Part shown: positions 1 to 9,031 of the stretch, one piece after another
Layout: the number at the start of each line of letters is the position of its first letter
How positions within the stretch are numbered: position 1 is the stretch's first letter
Virus record (IMG/VR): IMGVR_UViG_2531839149_000016
Reading direction: 5' to 3' (one strand)
DNA from: a virus
Taxonomy: Duplodnaviria; Heunggongvirae; Uroviricota; Caudoviricetes
Length of the DNA: 26,648 nt
The notes under the pieces: generated by a model
Databases searched by the model: none
What the model saw: only the letters and a program-made list of their open reading frames with translations
Told to the model about the DNA's origin: nothing
Made by a program: the position numbers and the translations under genes

Positions 1-1284
1 TTACTTCTTCGCCTCTGCAACCACTTTACTACCCACGCCGCGGTTATTGTATTCCCACATGCGGTTGTAGTTAGTGTCATTCAGATTGCGCTGTATTTCG
101 TCGTTATCATCTACGCTGCCGGTATTACCCGCAAACGGACGATTAGAGATCACCGCATCGGCCCACGGTTTAGCCGTGTTAAAACCTTCGTTGATGGCGC
201 TATCACGGATCACCACCTGACCGTTGGTATTGGCATCAACATCCAGCGAGCGGCCCAGTTGCGCCACACCATCACCGAAAGCATTGAAACGGCTGTTTAC
301 GGCGAGGAAACCGTAGTAAATGTTGGACAGCGTAGCCGGTGCAAACACATACGCTTCTTGCTGAGTACGTGAGTTCACCACGCGGAATTCGGTGTTATCG
401 AACACCACTGCGCCGCGACCAGAAACGATATCCACATCCCCTTCAATGTAGCTGTTGGTCACCAGCGTACGCGGCTGACGATTCGTTTCCAGACGGTTCT
501 GCACACCGCTGTTGGTGACAAAGAAGGTGTTCTGACGACCGAGAATGTTAACGTTGTTAATCTGTACCTGGTCACCATCAGTACGCAGTGCCACCGCCGG
601 ATGGTTACCTGCATCTACGCTATCGCCCAGCGTGTTTTCGATGGTCAGATTTTGCAGTTGCAGGCCATTGTTTTGTGACCAGAAGACCGCAGAGCAGAGA
701 ACACCGATACTGTCGCTGCGTTTGCTCTGGCAGCTATCGTACATATACCACGCTGGTTTACCTGGCATATATTTGCCGCGCGGGTTGACGTCGTGACGCC
801 AGTCGGCAGGGCTCATGCCACCATCAAGGGAAAGCCCAATCTTCACATCAATCGGTTTTTCACCTGTACCGTACAGAGTAATTCCACCCGGAGCGGCAGG
901 GACATATACCGTTCCCTGATACTCACCAGGCATCACGGCAATATACTGGCGCTTGTTGGTACGCTTGATAATTGCCGCATCTACCGCCGCCTGAATCGTG
1001 GTATGCGTTACACCTTGAGTGCCCGCCGGGCCGACAACAAAGTCAGGTTGCGCAGGCAGGGTAATCGGGGAAGGATTCCACGCTGCTGCACCTGGTGTCA
1101 GGGATGCAAAATAGTGTTGAGCATCGAAATTCTGCGCTTCTTTTGCCGACAGAATCGGGCGAGAAGAGGTACCAGGCGCGGTTTGATCAGAAGGACGTTG
1201 ATCGGGCGGGGTTGAGCTACAGGCGGTCAGCGTCACGCCAAAAGCCAATGCCAGCGCCAGACGGGAAACTGAAAATGTGTTCAC
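1..1284 (-). CDS. ybhC: YbhC, outer-membrane lipoprotein of the pectinesterase-like / acyl-CoA thioesterase family (host gene flanking attB-lambda)
   Basis: Full 427-aa ORF with signal peptide and lipobox (LTAC); sequence matches E. coli YbhC as I recall it; sits immediately left of the lambda att core, as ybhC does in E. coli. Confidence 0.9.
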   Translation of the reverse strand: MNTFSVSRLALALAFGVTLTACSSTPPDQRPSDQTAPGTSSRPILSAKEAQNFDAQHYFASLTPGAAAWNPSPITLPAQPDFVVGPAGTQGVTHTTIQAAVDAAIIKRTNKRQYIAVMPGEYQGTVYVPAAPGGITLYGTGEKPIDVKIGLSLDGGMSPADWRHDVNPRGKYMPGKPAWYMYDSCQSKRSDSIGVLCSAVFWSQNNGLQLQNLTIENTLGDSVDAGNHPAVALRTDGDQVQINNVNILGRQNTFFVTNSGVQNRLETNRQPRTLVTNSYIEGDVDIVSGRGAVVFDNTEFRVVNSRTQQEAYVFAPATLSNIYYGFLAVNSRFNAFGDGVAQLGRSLDVDANTNGQVVIRDSAINEGFNTAKPWADAVISNRPFAGNTGSVDDNDEIQRNLNDTNYNRMWEYNNRGVGSKVVAEAKK

Positions 1285-1330
1285 AGGTTGCTCCGGGCTA
1301 TGAAATAGAAAAATGAATCCGTTGAAGCCT

Positions 1331-1418
1331 GCTTTTTTATACTAAGTTGGCATTATAAAAAAGCATTGCTTATCAATTTGTTGCAACAAACAGGTCACTA
1401 TCAGTCAAAATAAAATCA
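1331..1418. other. attL: attL: lambda att common core (GCTTTTTTATACTAA, 1331-1345) followed by the phage P' arm with Int arm-type sites
   Basis: Exact 15-bp lambda core; bacterial-type sequence to the left and lambda P'-arm sequence (…CATTATAAAAAAGCATTGCTTATCAATTTGTTGCAAC…) running into the int 3' end. Confidence 0.85.
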
Positions 1419-2489
1419 TTATTTGATTTCAATTTTGTCCCACTCCCTGCCTCTGTCATCACGATACTGTGATGCCATGGTGTCCGACTTATGCCCGAGA
1501 AGATGTTGAGCAAACTTATCGCTTATCTGCTTCTCATAGAGTCTTGCAGACAAACTGCGCAACTCGTGAAAGGTAGGCGGATCCCCTTCGAAGGAAAGAC
1601 CTGATGCTTTTCGTGCGCGCATAAAATACCTTGATACTGTGCCGGATGAAAGCGGTTCGCGACGAGTAGATGCAATTATGGTTTCTCCGCCAAGAATCTC
1701 TTTGCATTTATCAAGTGTTTCCTTCATTGATATTCCGAGAGCATCAACATGCAATACTGTTGGGATGGCAATTTTTACGCCTGTTTTGCTTTGCTCGACA
1801 TAAAGATATCCATCTACGATATCAGACCACTTCATTTCGCATAAATCACCAACTCGTTGCCCGGTAACAACAGCCAGTTCCATTGCAAGTCTGAGCCAAC
1901 ATGGTGATGATTCTGCTGCTTGATAAATTTTCAGGTATTCGTCAGCCGTAAGTCTTGATCTCCTTACCTCTGATTTTGCTGCGCGAGTGGCAGCGACAGG
2001 GTTTGTTGTTATATGGCCTTCAGCTATTGCCTCTCGGAATGCATCGCTCAGTGTTGATCTGATTAACTTGGCTGACGCCGCCTTGCCCTCGTCTATGTAT
2101 CCATTGAGCATTGCCGCAATTTCTTTTGTGGTGATGTCTTCAAGTGGAGCATCAGGCAGACCCCTCCTTATTGCTTTAATTTTGCTCATGTAATTTATGA
2201 GTGTCTTCTGCTTGATTCCTCTGCTGGCCAGGATTTTTTCGTAGCGATAAAGCCATGAATGTAACGTAACGGAATTATCACTGTTGATTCTCGCTGTCAG
2301 AGGCTTGTGTTTGTGTCCTGAAAATAACTCAATGTTGGCCTGTATAGCTTCAGTGATTGCGATTCGCCTGTCTCGGCCTAATCCAAACTCTTTACCCGTC
2401 CTTGGGTCCCTGTAGCAGTAATATCCATTGTTTCTTATATAAAGGTTAGGGGGTAAATCCCGGCGCTCATGACTTCGCCTTCTTCCCAT
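1419..2489 (-). CDS. int: Lambda-type integrase (tyrosine recombinase)
   Basis: 356-aa ORF; near-identical to lambda Int as I recall it (MGRRRSHERRDLPPNLYIRNNGYYCYRDPRTGKEF…DKIEIK); adjacent to attL. Confidence 0.97.
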   Translation of the reverse strand: MGRRRSHERRDLPPNLYIRNNGYYCYRDPRTGKEFGLGRDRRIAITEAIQANIELFSGHKHKPLTARINSDNSVTLHSWLYRYEKILASRGIKQKTLINYMSKIKAIRRGLPDAPLEDITTKEIAAMLNGYIDEGKAASAKLIRSTLSDAFREAIAEGHITTNPVAATRAAKSEVRRSRLTADEYLKIYQAAESSPCWLRLAMELAVVTGQRVGDLCEMKWSDIVDGYLYVEQSKTGVKIAIPTVLHVDALGISMKETLDKCKEILGGETIIASTRREPLSSGTVSRYFMRARKASGLSFEGDPPTFHELRSLSARLYEKQISDKFAQHLLGHKSDTMASQYRDDRGREWDKIEIK

Positions 2490-2685
2490 TTCTGATCCTC
2501 TTCAAAAGGCTACCTGTTACTGGTCGATTTAAGTCAACCTTTACCGCTGATTCGTGGAACAGATATTCTCTTCCATCCTTAACCGGAGGAGGGAATATCC
2601 TGCATTCGCGCACCCATCGACGAACTGTTTCAAGGCTTCTTGGGCGTCGCTGGCGAGCGTTCCACTCCTGAAGTGTCAAGTACAT
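2467..2685 (-). CDS. xis: Lambda-type excisionase
   Basis: 72-aa ORF MYLTLQEWNARQRRPRSLETVRRWVRE… matching lambda Xis; overlaps the int start as in lambda. Confidence 0.95.
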   Translation of the reverse strand: MYLTLQEWNARQRRPRSLETVRRWVRECRIFPPPVKDGREYLFHESAVKVDLNRPVTGSLLKRIRNGKKAKS

Positions 2686-2724
2686 CGCAAAGTCTCCGCA
2701 ATTACACGCAAGAAAAAACCGCCA

Positions 2725-2892
2725 TCAGGCGGCTTGGTGTTCTTTCAGTTCTTCAATTCGAATATTGGTTACGTCTGCATGTGCTATCTGCGCCCACAGC
2801 ATCCAGTGGTCATAGCAGTCGCTGATGTTCTCGGCTTCGATAACTCTGTTGAATGGTTCTCCATTCCATTCACCTGTGACTCGGAAGTGCAT
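2725..2892 (-). CDS. Small hypothetical protein at the position of lambda orf55 (55 aa, MHFRVTGEWNGEPFNRVIEAENISD…)
   Basis: ORF read by eye (below the 60-aa cutoff of the track); same strand and position as the small ORF downstream of xis in lambda. Confidence 0.5.
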   Translation of the reverse strand: MHFRVTGEWNGEPFNRVIEAENISDCYDHWMLWAQIAHADVTNIRIEELKEHQAA

Positions 2893-3134
2893 TTATCATC
2901 TCCAAAAAAAAAACCCCGCCGTAGCGAGTTCAGATAAAAGAAATCCTCGTCAGTGCGAGGATGCTGTTCATTGCTGCTATACACTTTTTTGCTCTCAACG
3001 TAAGCGGTAGCCCATTCTGTTGGGTTGGTGCAGTTGCTTTTAGGAAATGCTATTTACCCCTTAAATGTCGGCTGAAAGAGCTAAAATCCATGCAAAAAAT
3101 TTACGCAATTTTGTGTATTATTGTGCAGTAAGTA

Positions 3135-3737
3135 ATGAGCTATTTTCTGCGCAAAAAATGGATGGTAAATTTGTCCGGGTCAGGAAAAATTTTATGGGCG
3201 CTAAACATGAAAAAAGATTCGTATCCTTATTTGATTTGCATGACAGTTTCAGGGCTGATCTTTATTTTCCTTTTCTTCTGGTGGCGGGCAGATATCTACA
3301 GGGTCACGTTTCTTAATCAGAGTATATCCCACTATTACATTCTGTTTAGCATGGGAATAGCTTTTCTGTTATCTCTGTTTTGGGTTAAGAAGGGGATAGT
3401 AAAACAAAGCGGCTGGAAGAGTCTGTCAGCATACCTTAAGGTTTATGCAGGGATGTGCATATTTGCTGGATTTTTTCTGATTATACCCCTTACGACACTA
3501 ACTTATTTTTTGCCTGGAGAGACATCGTCTTATGTTGCACCGTATCGGTATACTTCCGGTAGTTCAAAAAGTTGTTCTGGAGCTGAGGTGGATGACCCCG
3601 ATCTACATGAGAATATTCGCATTTGCTATCCGTATGGCAATTATGAGTACGATAATATTATCTATGTTGAAAAGAAAATTAATATATTAGGTGCGGTAGT
3701 GACATATGCACAGACCGCGCGTGATGATACTGAATGA
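3135..3737 (+). CDS. Hypothetical integral membrane protein (about 3 predicted TM helices plus a C-terminal soluble domain); low-GC moron on the opposite strand to the surrounding genes
   Basis: 200-aa ORF with hydrophobic segments (LICMTVSGLIFIFLFFWW, ILFSMGIAFLLSLFWV, GMCIFAGFFLIIPLTTLTYFL); alternative starts at 3162 or 3207; AT-rich relative to flanking DNA; hairpin terminator downstream. Confidence 0.55.
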   Translation: MSYFLRKKWMVNLSGSGKILWALNMKKDSYPYLICMTVSGLIFIFLFFWWRADIYRVTFLNQSISHYYILFSMGIAFLLSLFWVKKGIVKQSGWKSLSAYLKVYAGMCIFAGFFLIIPLTTLTYFLPGETSSYVAPYRYTSGSSKSCSGAEVDDPDLHENIRICYPYGNYEYDNIIYVEKKINILGAVVTYAQTARDDTE

Positions 3738-3772
3738 TATAGTATATAGCGGGCAAGTTTTAGTTAATTTAT

Positions 3773-3805
3773 CGAGGTAATATAATTTACCTCGACTCGT
3801 TTGTT
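3773..3805 (+). terminator. Candidate intrinsic terminator (stem CGAGGTAA / TTACCTCG, then T-rich tail)
   Basis: Perfect 8-bp inverted repeat with a 6-nt loop downstream of the membrane-protein ORF. Confidence 0.4.
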
Positions 3806-3947
3806 CTGGTATTAATATTTCGCTTTACGACCGATTTTTATCTGATGATATCATGCGGTTTTCATATACTGACTTACTGTCTTTTCTCCGTTAGCGATTT
3901 TCTCCTGCTCAGCGATGATTTTATCTTTGGCTTCTAGTTAATTTCGC

Positions 3948-4169
3948 TCACTTCGAACCTCTCTGTTTACTGATAAGCTCCAGATCTTGCTGGCAACTGG
4001 CACAAGTCCGACAACCCTGAACGGCCAGTCGTCTTCGTTCATCTATCGGATCGCCACACTCACAACAATGAGTGGCAGATATAGCCTGGTGGTTCAGGCG
4101 GCGCATTTTTATTGCTGTGTTGCGCTGTAATTCTTCAATTTCTGATGCTGAATCAATTATGTCTGCCAT
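3948..4169 (-). CDS. TraR/DksA-family C4 zinc-finger protein
   Basis: 73-aa ORF with a CxxC…CxxC motif (CCECGDPI…CRTCASC); common small protein of lambdoid early-left regions. Confidence 0.75.
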   Translation of the reverse strand: MADIIDSASEIEELQRNTAIKMRRLNHQAISATHCCECGDPIDERRRLAVQGCRTCASCQQDLELISKQRGSK

Positions 4170-4267
4170 CTTTCATTAATCCCTGAATTGTTGGTTAATA
4201 CGCTTGAGGGTGAATGCGAATAATAAAAAAGGAGCCTGTAGCTCCCTGATGATTTTGCTTTTCATGT

Positions 4268-4483
4268 TCACCGTTCCTTAAAGACGCCGTTCAACATGCC
4301 GATCGCCAGGCTTAAATGAGTCGGTGTGAATCCCATCAGCGTTACCGTTTCGCGGTGCTTCTTTAGTACGCTACGGCAAATGTCATCGACGTTTTTATCC
4401 GGAAACTGCTGTCTGGCTTTTTTGATTTCAGAATTAGCCTGACGGGCAATGCTGCGAAGGGCGTTTTCTTGCTGAGGTGTCAT
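4268..4483 (-). CDS. Hypothetical phage early protein (position of lambda orf61)
   Basis: ORF starting MTPQQENALRSIARQ… (71 aa from the internal ATG; the track ORF extends to 4549); same strand as exo/bet. Confidence 0.5.
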   Translation of the reverse strand: MTPQQENALRSIARQANSEIKKARQQFPDKNVDDICRSVLKKHRETVTLMGFTPTHLSLAIGMLNGVFKER

Positions 4484-4559
4484 TGAACAAGCCCCATGTC
4501 GGCAAGCATAAGCACACAGAATATGAAGCCCGCTGCCAGAAAAATGCATTCAGTGGTTG

Positions 4560-4751
4560 TCATACCTGGTCTCTCTCATCTGCTTCTGCTTTCGCCACCA
4601 TCATTTCCAGCTTTTGTGAAAGGAATGCGGCTAACGTATGAAATTCTTCGTCTGTTTCTACTGGTATTGGCACAAACCTGACTCCAATTTGAGCGAGGCT
4701 ATGTGCCATCTCGATACTCGTTCTTAACTCAACGGGAGATGCTTTGTGCAT
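4560..4751 (-). CDS. Hypothetical phage early protein (position of lambda orf63)
   Basis: 63-aa ORF directly downstream of the orf60a-like gene in the leftward operon. Confidence 0.5.
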   Translation of the reverse strand: MHKASPVELRTSIEMAHSLAQIGVRFVPIPVETDEEFHTLAAFLSQKLEMMVAKAEADERDQV

Positions 4752-4906
4752 ACAGCTCCCCGTTTATTATTTATCTCCTCAGCCAGCCGCTGTGCTTTCA
4801 GGGGATTTCTGATAACAGAAAGGCCGGGAAATACCCAGCCTCGCTTTGTAACGGAGTAGACGAAAGTGATCGCACCTACCCGGATATTATCGTGAGGATG
4901 CGTCAT
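4724..4906 (-). CDS. Hypothetical phage early protein (position of lambda orf60a)
   Basis: 60-aa ORF whose ATG overlaps the exo stop in an ATGA arrangement, as orf60a does in lambda. Confidence 0.5.
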   Translation of the reverse strand: MTHPHDNIRVGAITFVYSVTKRGWVFPGLSVIRNPLKAQRLAEEINNKRGAVCTKHLPLS

Positions 4907-5583
4907 CGCCATTGCTCCCCAAATACAAAACCAATTTCAGCCAGTGCCTCGTCCATTTTTTCGATGAACTCCGGCACCATCTCGTCAAAACTCGCCATGT
5001 ACTTTTCATCCCGCTCAACCACGACATAATGCAGGCCTTCACGCTTCATGCGCGGGTCATAGTTGGCAAAGTACCAGGCATCTTTTCGCGTCACCCACAT
5101 GCTGTACTGCACCTGGGCCATGTAAGCCGATTTTATTGCCTCGAAACCACCGAGCCGGAATTTCATGAAATCCCGGGAGGTAAACGGGCATTTCAGTTCA
5201 AGGCCGTTGCCGTCACTGCATAAACCATCGGGAGAGCAGGCGGTGCGCATATTTTCGTCGCGATAGATGATCGGGGATTCAGTAATATTCACGCTGGAAG
5301 TGAATTCAAACAGGGTTCTGGCGTCGTTCTCGTACTGTTTTCCCCAGGCCAGCGCCTTAGCATTAACTTCCGGAGCCACACCGGTGCAAACCTCAGCCAG
5401 CAGGGTGTGGAAGTAGGACATTTTCATGTCAGGCCACTTCTTTCCTGAGCGGGGCTTTGCTATCACGTTGTGAACTTCTGAAGCGGTGATGACGCCGAGC
5501 CGTAATTTGTGCCATGCATCATCCCCCTGTTCGACAGCTCTCACGTCGATCCCGGTACGCTGCAGGATAATGTCCGGTGTCAT
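4903..5583 (-). CDS. exo: Lambda exonuclease (Red alpha)
   Basis: 226-aa ORF matching lambda Exo ([40 protein letters not shown]…GEQWR). Confidence 0.97.
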   Translation of the reverse strand: MTPDIILQRTGIDVRAVEQGDDAWHKLRLGVITASEVHNVIAKPRSGKKWPDMKMSYFHTLLAEVCTGVAPEVNAKALAWGKQYENDARTLFEFTSSVNITESPIIYRDENMRTACSPDGLCSDGNGLELKCPFTSRDFMKFRLGGFEAIKSAYMAQVQYSMWVTRKDAWYFANYDPRMKREGLHYVVVERDEKYMASFDEMVPEFIEKMDEALAEIGFVFGEQWR

Positions 5584-6365
5584 GCTGCCACCTTCTGCTC
5601 AGTGGCTTTCTGTTTAAGGAATCCAAGAGCTTTCACTGCTTCGGCCTGTGTCAGTTCTGACGATGCGCGAATGTCGCGGCGAAATATCTGGGAACAGAGC
5701 GGCAATAAGTCGTCATCCCATGTTTTATCCAGGGCGATCAGCAGAGTGTTAATCTCCTGCATGGTTTCATCGTTAACCGGAGTGATGTCGCGTTCCGGCT
5801 GACGTTCTGCAGTGTATGCAGTATTTTCGACAATGCGCTCGGCTTCATCCTTGTCATAGATACCAGCAAATCCGAAGGCCAGACGGGCACACTGAATCAT
5901 GGCTTTATGCCGTAACATCCGTTTGGGATGCGACTGCCACGGCCCCGTGATTTCTCTGCCTTCGCGGGTTTTGAATGGTTCGCGGCGGCATTCATCCATC
6001 CATTCGGTAACGCAGATCGGATGATTACGGTCCTTGCGGTAAATCCGGCATGTACAGGATTCATTGTCCTGCTCAAAGTCCATGCCATCAAACTGCTGGT
6101 TTTCATTGATGATGCGGGACCAGCCATCAACGCCCACCACCGGAACAATGCCGTTCTGCTTATCAGGGAAGGCGTAAATTTCTTTCGTCCACGGATTAAG
6201 GCCGTACTGGTTGGCGACGATCAGCAATGCGATGAACTGCGCATCGCTGGCATCACCTTTAAATGCCGTCTGGCGAAGAGGGGTGATCAGTTCCTGTGGG
6301 TCGACAGAATCCATGCCGACACGTTCAGCCAGCTTCCCAGCCAGCGTTGCGAGTGCTGTACTCAT
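5580..6365 (-). CDS. bet: Lambda Bet single-strand annealing protein (Red beta)
   Basis: 261-aa ORF matching lambda Bet ([261 protein letters not shown] from memory, near-identical here); ATGA overlap with exo. Confidence 0.97.
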   Translation of the reverse strand: MSTALATLAGKLAERVGMDSVDPQELITPLRQTAFKGDASDAQFIALLIVANQYGLNPWTKEIYAFPDKQNGIVPVVGVDGWSRIINENQQFDGMDFEQDNESCTCRIYRKDRNHPICVTEWMDECRREPFKTREGREITGPWQSHPKRMLRHKAMIQCARLAFGFAGIYDKDEAERIVENTAYTAERQPERDITPVNDETMQEINTLLIALDKTWDDDLLPLCSQIFRRDIRASSELTQAEAVKALGFLKQKATEQKVAA

Positions 6366-6370
6366 CCGTT

Positions 6371-6667
6371 TTATACCTCTGAATCAATATCAACCTGGTG
6401 GTGAGCAATGGTTTCAACCATGTACCGGATGTGTTCTGCCATGCGCTCCTGAAACTCAACATCGTCATCAAACGCACGGGTAATGGCTTTTTTGCTGGCC
6501 CCGTGGCGTTGCAAATGATCGATGCATAGCGATTCAAACAGGTGCTGGGGCAGGCCTTTTTCCATGTCGTCTGCCAGTTCTGCCTCTTTCTCTTCACGGG
6601 CGATCTGCTGGTAGTGACGCGCCCAGCTCTGAGCCTCAAGACGATCCTGAATGTAATAAGCGTTCAT
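6371..6667 (-). CDS. gam: Lambda Gam (short form, RecBCD inhibitor)
   Basis: 98-aa ORF matching lambda GamS ([21 protein letters not shown]…VDIDSEV); the upstream extension that would give the long form runs into a stop 19 codons upstream. Confidence 0.95.
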   Translation of the reverse strand: MNAYYIQDRLEAQSWARHYQQIAREEKEAELADDMEKGLPQHLFESLCIDHLQRHGASKKAITRAFDDDVEFQERMAEHIRYMVETIAHHQVDIDSEV

Positions 6668-6742
6668 GGCTGACCTCCTGAAAATGGCTGTGAAAATATC
6701 GCCCGCGAAATGCCAGGCTGATTAGGAAAACAGGAAAGGGGA

Positions 6743-7033
6743 TTAGTGATTCAGGCCGTTACCGCGTCCGTCGAGAAAAACTTCCACGAGCAAATCACGG
6801 GTATAAGTGCGCTCGATGCCGCGATGCAGATAAAGCCGTCCGCGTAAATTAGCTGATGCAGTCCAGGTACCATCTTTGTGTTTGACCAGCATTCCTGGCA
6901 TGACCGCGCCGCGATTAACGGTCTGCGTTCCGTAATGTTGATGAACCATAAAAACTCCTGCCCGTAAGCTGGGCTGCTGAACATATAGAGACTTCTGCGC
7001 GTATTCAGGCGGTGGATGGCCGCCGGTTGTCAT
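6743..7033 (-). CDS. ORF at the position and frame of lambda kil (possible Kil-like host division inhibitor); start uncertain
   Basis: Stop lies where lambda kil ends relative to gam; the track gives 96 aa, with internal ATGs at about 6901 and 6892 that would give a roughly 50-aa product; I could not reconcile the first few codons of the track ORF with the printed bases near 7020 by eye; no cIII-like coding sequence follows. Confidence 0.4.
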   Translation of the reverse strand: MTTGGHPPPEYAQKSLYVQQPSLRAGVFMVHQHYGTQTVNRGAVMPGMLVKHKDGTWTASANLRGRLYLHRGIERTYTRDLLVEVFLDGRGNGLNH

Positions 7034-7226
7034 AACTAAGCCGCCTCGTTGAAGCGACTAAGGTATGAAATGTTGAGTTGATTTCAGCTGGTCACACCGA
7101 CGTTCACGCGTCCGTTTCACCCCTCGCACTCCCCGAAGCCTGCTGAAATTCAAACTGCGGATCTAAGCGGTCATCGCAACGGTGAATCAGGTGGTTGCCG
7201 TATCGTTGTGTTGTTGCGATGAACCT

Positions 7227-7255
7227 ATTTAAAACTATAGTTGTTTTACCGTCAA
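7227..7255 (-). promoter_or_regulatory. Candidate pL promoter with overlapping operator (-35 TTGACG, 17-bp spacer, -10 TTAAAT on the minus strand) within an array of GTTGTT(TTA) repeats
   Basis: Minus-strand sequence GTTGTTGACGGTAAAACAACTATAGTTTTAAAT closely parallels the pR region GTTGTTGACTAAAAACAACCATAGTTTTAATCT at 9870-9904; direct repeats AGTTGTTTTA at 7239, 7263 and 7275. Confidence 0.4.
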
Positions 7256-7393
7256 CAACAAAAGTTGTTTTATTGGTTGTTTTAGATATAACTGGTTGTA
7301 TTTAGGATGGATTTATTTTGTGACTTGAATCGCATAGCGATAACTGAAGCGAGGTTATGGTGGTTTTTTGAGCGGTTTGTGTGATGAGGGGAG

Positions 7394-7424
7394 GCAAAAG
7401 AAAACCCGGCACGGTGGCCGGGTT
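7394..7424 (-). terminator. Intrinsic terminator ending the cI / kinase-like / DUF3037 transcript (stem AACCCGGC / GCCGGGTT, then TTTTCTTTT on the minus strand)
   Basis: Perfect 8-bp GC-rich inverted repeat with a 6-nt loop followed by a T-tract, just downstream of the DUF3037 stop. Confidence 0.6.
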
Positions 7425-7457
7425 ATTAATAAGGAATATCACATACAAAAATAAATT

Positions 7458-8285
7458 TTAAACTTGGGGAAGTATTTTTTTTGCAAAATCAATAGTTTCT
7501 TTGTGGTTGGATGCAGGTATATGATTTATTTTCTTAGCATCCATAGTTCTCTTTATGATGTCAATAACTTTGCTTTGGCCTGAGTTTGGTGATTCAGGAG
7601 TTTCAATTGTGAATAAAATGTCATCAAGTGAAAGCAGGTTTTCTTCTGCTGCTCGAGTTATTCTCATCACCCAAGTATCACTATGCTCCATCATTTTTCC
7701 TGGTTCAGCTTGAGTGAATGCCAGAGGTTTGATGGCACATTGGATCCTGTCATGCTTCTTGGCGACCAATGGCATTGAGAACTTTGCGAAATACCCATCA
7801 ATGGTTGCTTGTTTGAAGACGTTCTTCAATCCATCTATTCTATCGATACTTCGTTTTAGCTCTCTGGCTAGAACATCTTCACGGCGCTCTTTTGTGTAGT
7901 CAGAGTGGTTTACATATTTATTGTAAATGCGGGCCAGCTCTTCTTTTGGGTTTTCGCTGAGAATCACTCTCGTAGAACTGAACTGAAAAATTGATTCTTT
8001 TTTGTTTGTAAAATATCTGAAGAATTGTGCAAGTTGTTGATGTCCAACAATCTGGGTCGCATGCATTTTTGCGAACTGTAGTTCTCTTTGTATTGAGTCT
8101 TTTGCTACAGGGAAAATACAATCATCATGGAAAAAATTCTTTACACGAGAGTCATTTCGCTTTGTGAGCTGGAAATCAAAGTAATTTTCTTTTGGCGCGC
8201 ACAGAAGTACGCCTATGTTTGCGAATTCTTCAGTCTCCGCATAAGGCGCATAGCGAACGATGCTATATAGGCATGGAGTTGTCAT
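7458..8285 (-). CDS. DUF3037-family protein
   Basis: ORF starting MTTPCLYSIVRYAPYAETEEFANIGVLL…, the characteristic N-terminal signature of DUF3037 proteins as I recall it; its ATG overlaps the upstream gene's stop (ATGA), implying translational coupling; the track ORF extends to 8300 from a non-ATG start. Confidence 0.75.
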   Translation of the reverse strand: MTTPCLYSIVRYAPYAETEEFANIGVLLCAPKENYFDFQLTKRNDSRVKNFFHDDCIFPVAKDSIQRELQFAKMHATQIVGHQQLAQFFRYFTNKKESIFQFSSTRVILSENPKEELARIYNKYVNHSDYTKERREDVLARELKRSIDRIDGLKNVFKQATIDGYFAKFSMPLVAKKHDRIQCAIKPLAFTQAEPGKMMEHSDTWVMRITRAAEENLLSLDDILFTIETPESPNSGQSKVIDIIKRTMDAKKINHIPASNHKETIDFAKKILPQV

Positions 8286-9031
8286 TCTATTGCGCTCCAA
8301 AATTCATCACAATCACCTTTGTCTAGCGTAGTGCAGACAAAAGGTAAAAACTCCTCATCTACTATCCACTCTTCTGGAATTTCGTCAAGGATAGCAGGAA
8401 GCTTGTGTAAACTGTTAACGACCCTCTGGCGGTACTCTACGCGATCCACTAAATCATATTGCCATTTGCGGTTACCAGGGCCGTACACGTGCACAGAAAA
8501 ATCTTCAGGTCCAGCATTCTGATCAAATGAGAGATTATGGTCAATCAGATAATACTTATCGTTACTGATGTCATAAAGGATGTTAACGTTTCCACCTTTG
8601 TCAGTAAGCGTTCTGTCTGCATTTAATATCCATTTATCAAAAACATAGATTAATTTTTGCTGTTCGACTGGGATGATCGTTTCGTTTCTTGACTGCGTAA
8701 ACGTTAACGCTATTGCACCGTCAATGAACAATGAAGCAAAGGCATATCCTGTACAAATTTGTTGCTGCAGATCAGGTGAGTACTCTATAAGTTCCTCTGG
8801 CACAAATACGATTTTAAAGTCAGGTAAAGGAAGGCCGATATCATTAGCCAAACACGCCGAAATGAACTCAGCTAAGAGATTTTTCGGGGGCATTGATGGT
8901 TTTGACTTCAAAACATACAACTGCCCATCATCACATTTGCAAAGAAATGGCTGAGTGGAACCTTCATTGATGCGACGTATTACTTCAACGACATTAGGTA
9001 TTGCACTATTGCTGCTCGCTACGCACTCCAT
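8282..9031 (-). CDS. Small HipA-like / protein-kinase-like-fold protein (putative Ser/Thr kinase)
   Basis: About 250 aa; kinase-like motifs readable in the translation: beta3-Lys (YVLKSK), catalytic-loop-like ILNADRTLTDKGGNVNIL (D…N), and a DFG-like LIDHNLSF; AAGGG RBS 6 nt upstream of the ATG at 9031. Confidence 0.65.
   Translation of the reverse strand: MECVASSNSAIPNVVEVIRRINEGSTQPFLCKCDDGQLYVLKSKPSMPPKNLLAEFISACLANDIGLPLPDFKIVFVPEELIEYSPDLQQQICTGYAFASLFIDGAIALTFTQSRNETIIPVEQQKLIYVFDKWILNADRTLTDKGGNVNILYDISNDKYYLIDHNLSFDQNAGPEDFSVHVYGPGNRKWQYDLVDRVEYRQRVVNSLHKLPAILDEIPEEWIVDEEFLPFVCTTLDKGDCDEFWSAIE

Noticed and set aside
545-1316. Plus-strand ORFs (545..796, 588..788, 793..1215, 1095..1316) inside ybhC
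   Set aside because: They lie antisense within a well-supported, full-length host gene and have no RBS or recognisable features; they are shadow ORFs.
5897-6483. ORFs on both strands overlapping bet and gam (5897..6148, 5928..6404, 6211..6483, 6325..6639)
   Set aside because: They overlap near-lambda-identical bet/gam coding sequence in other frames; GC-rich shadow ORFs.
6668-6745. Long form of Gam (GamL, N-terminal extension upstream of the 98-aa ORF)
   Set aside because: The in-frame upstream region reaches a stop 19 codons before the GamS ATG with no start codon, so only the short form is encoded.
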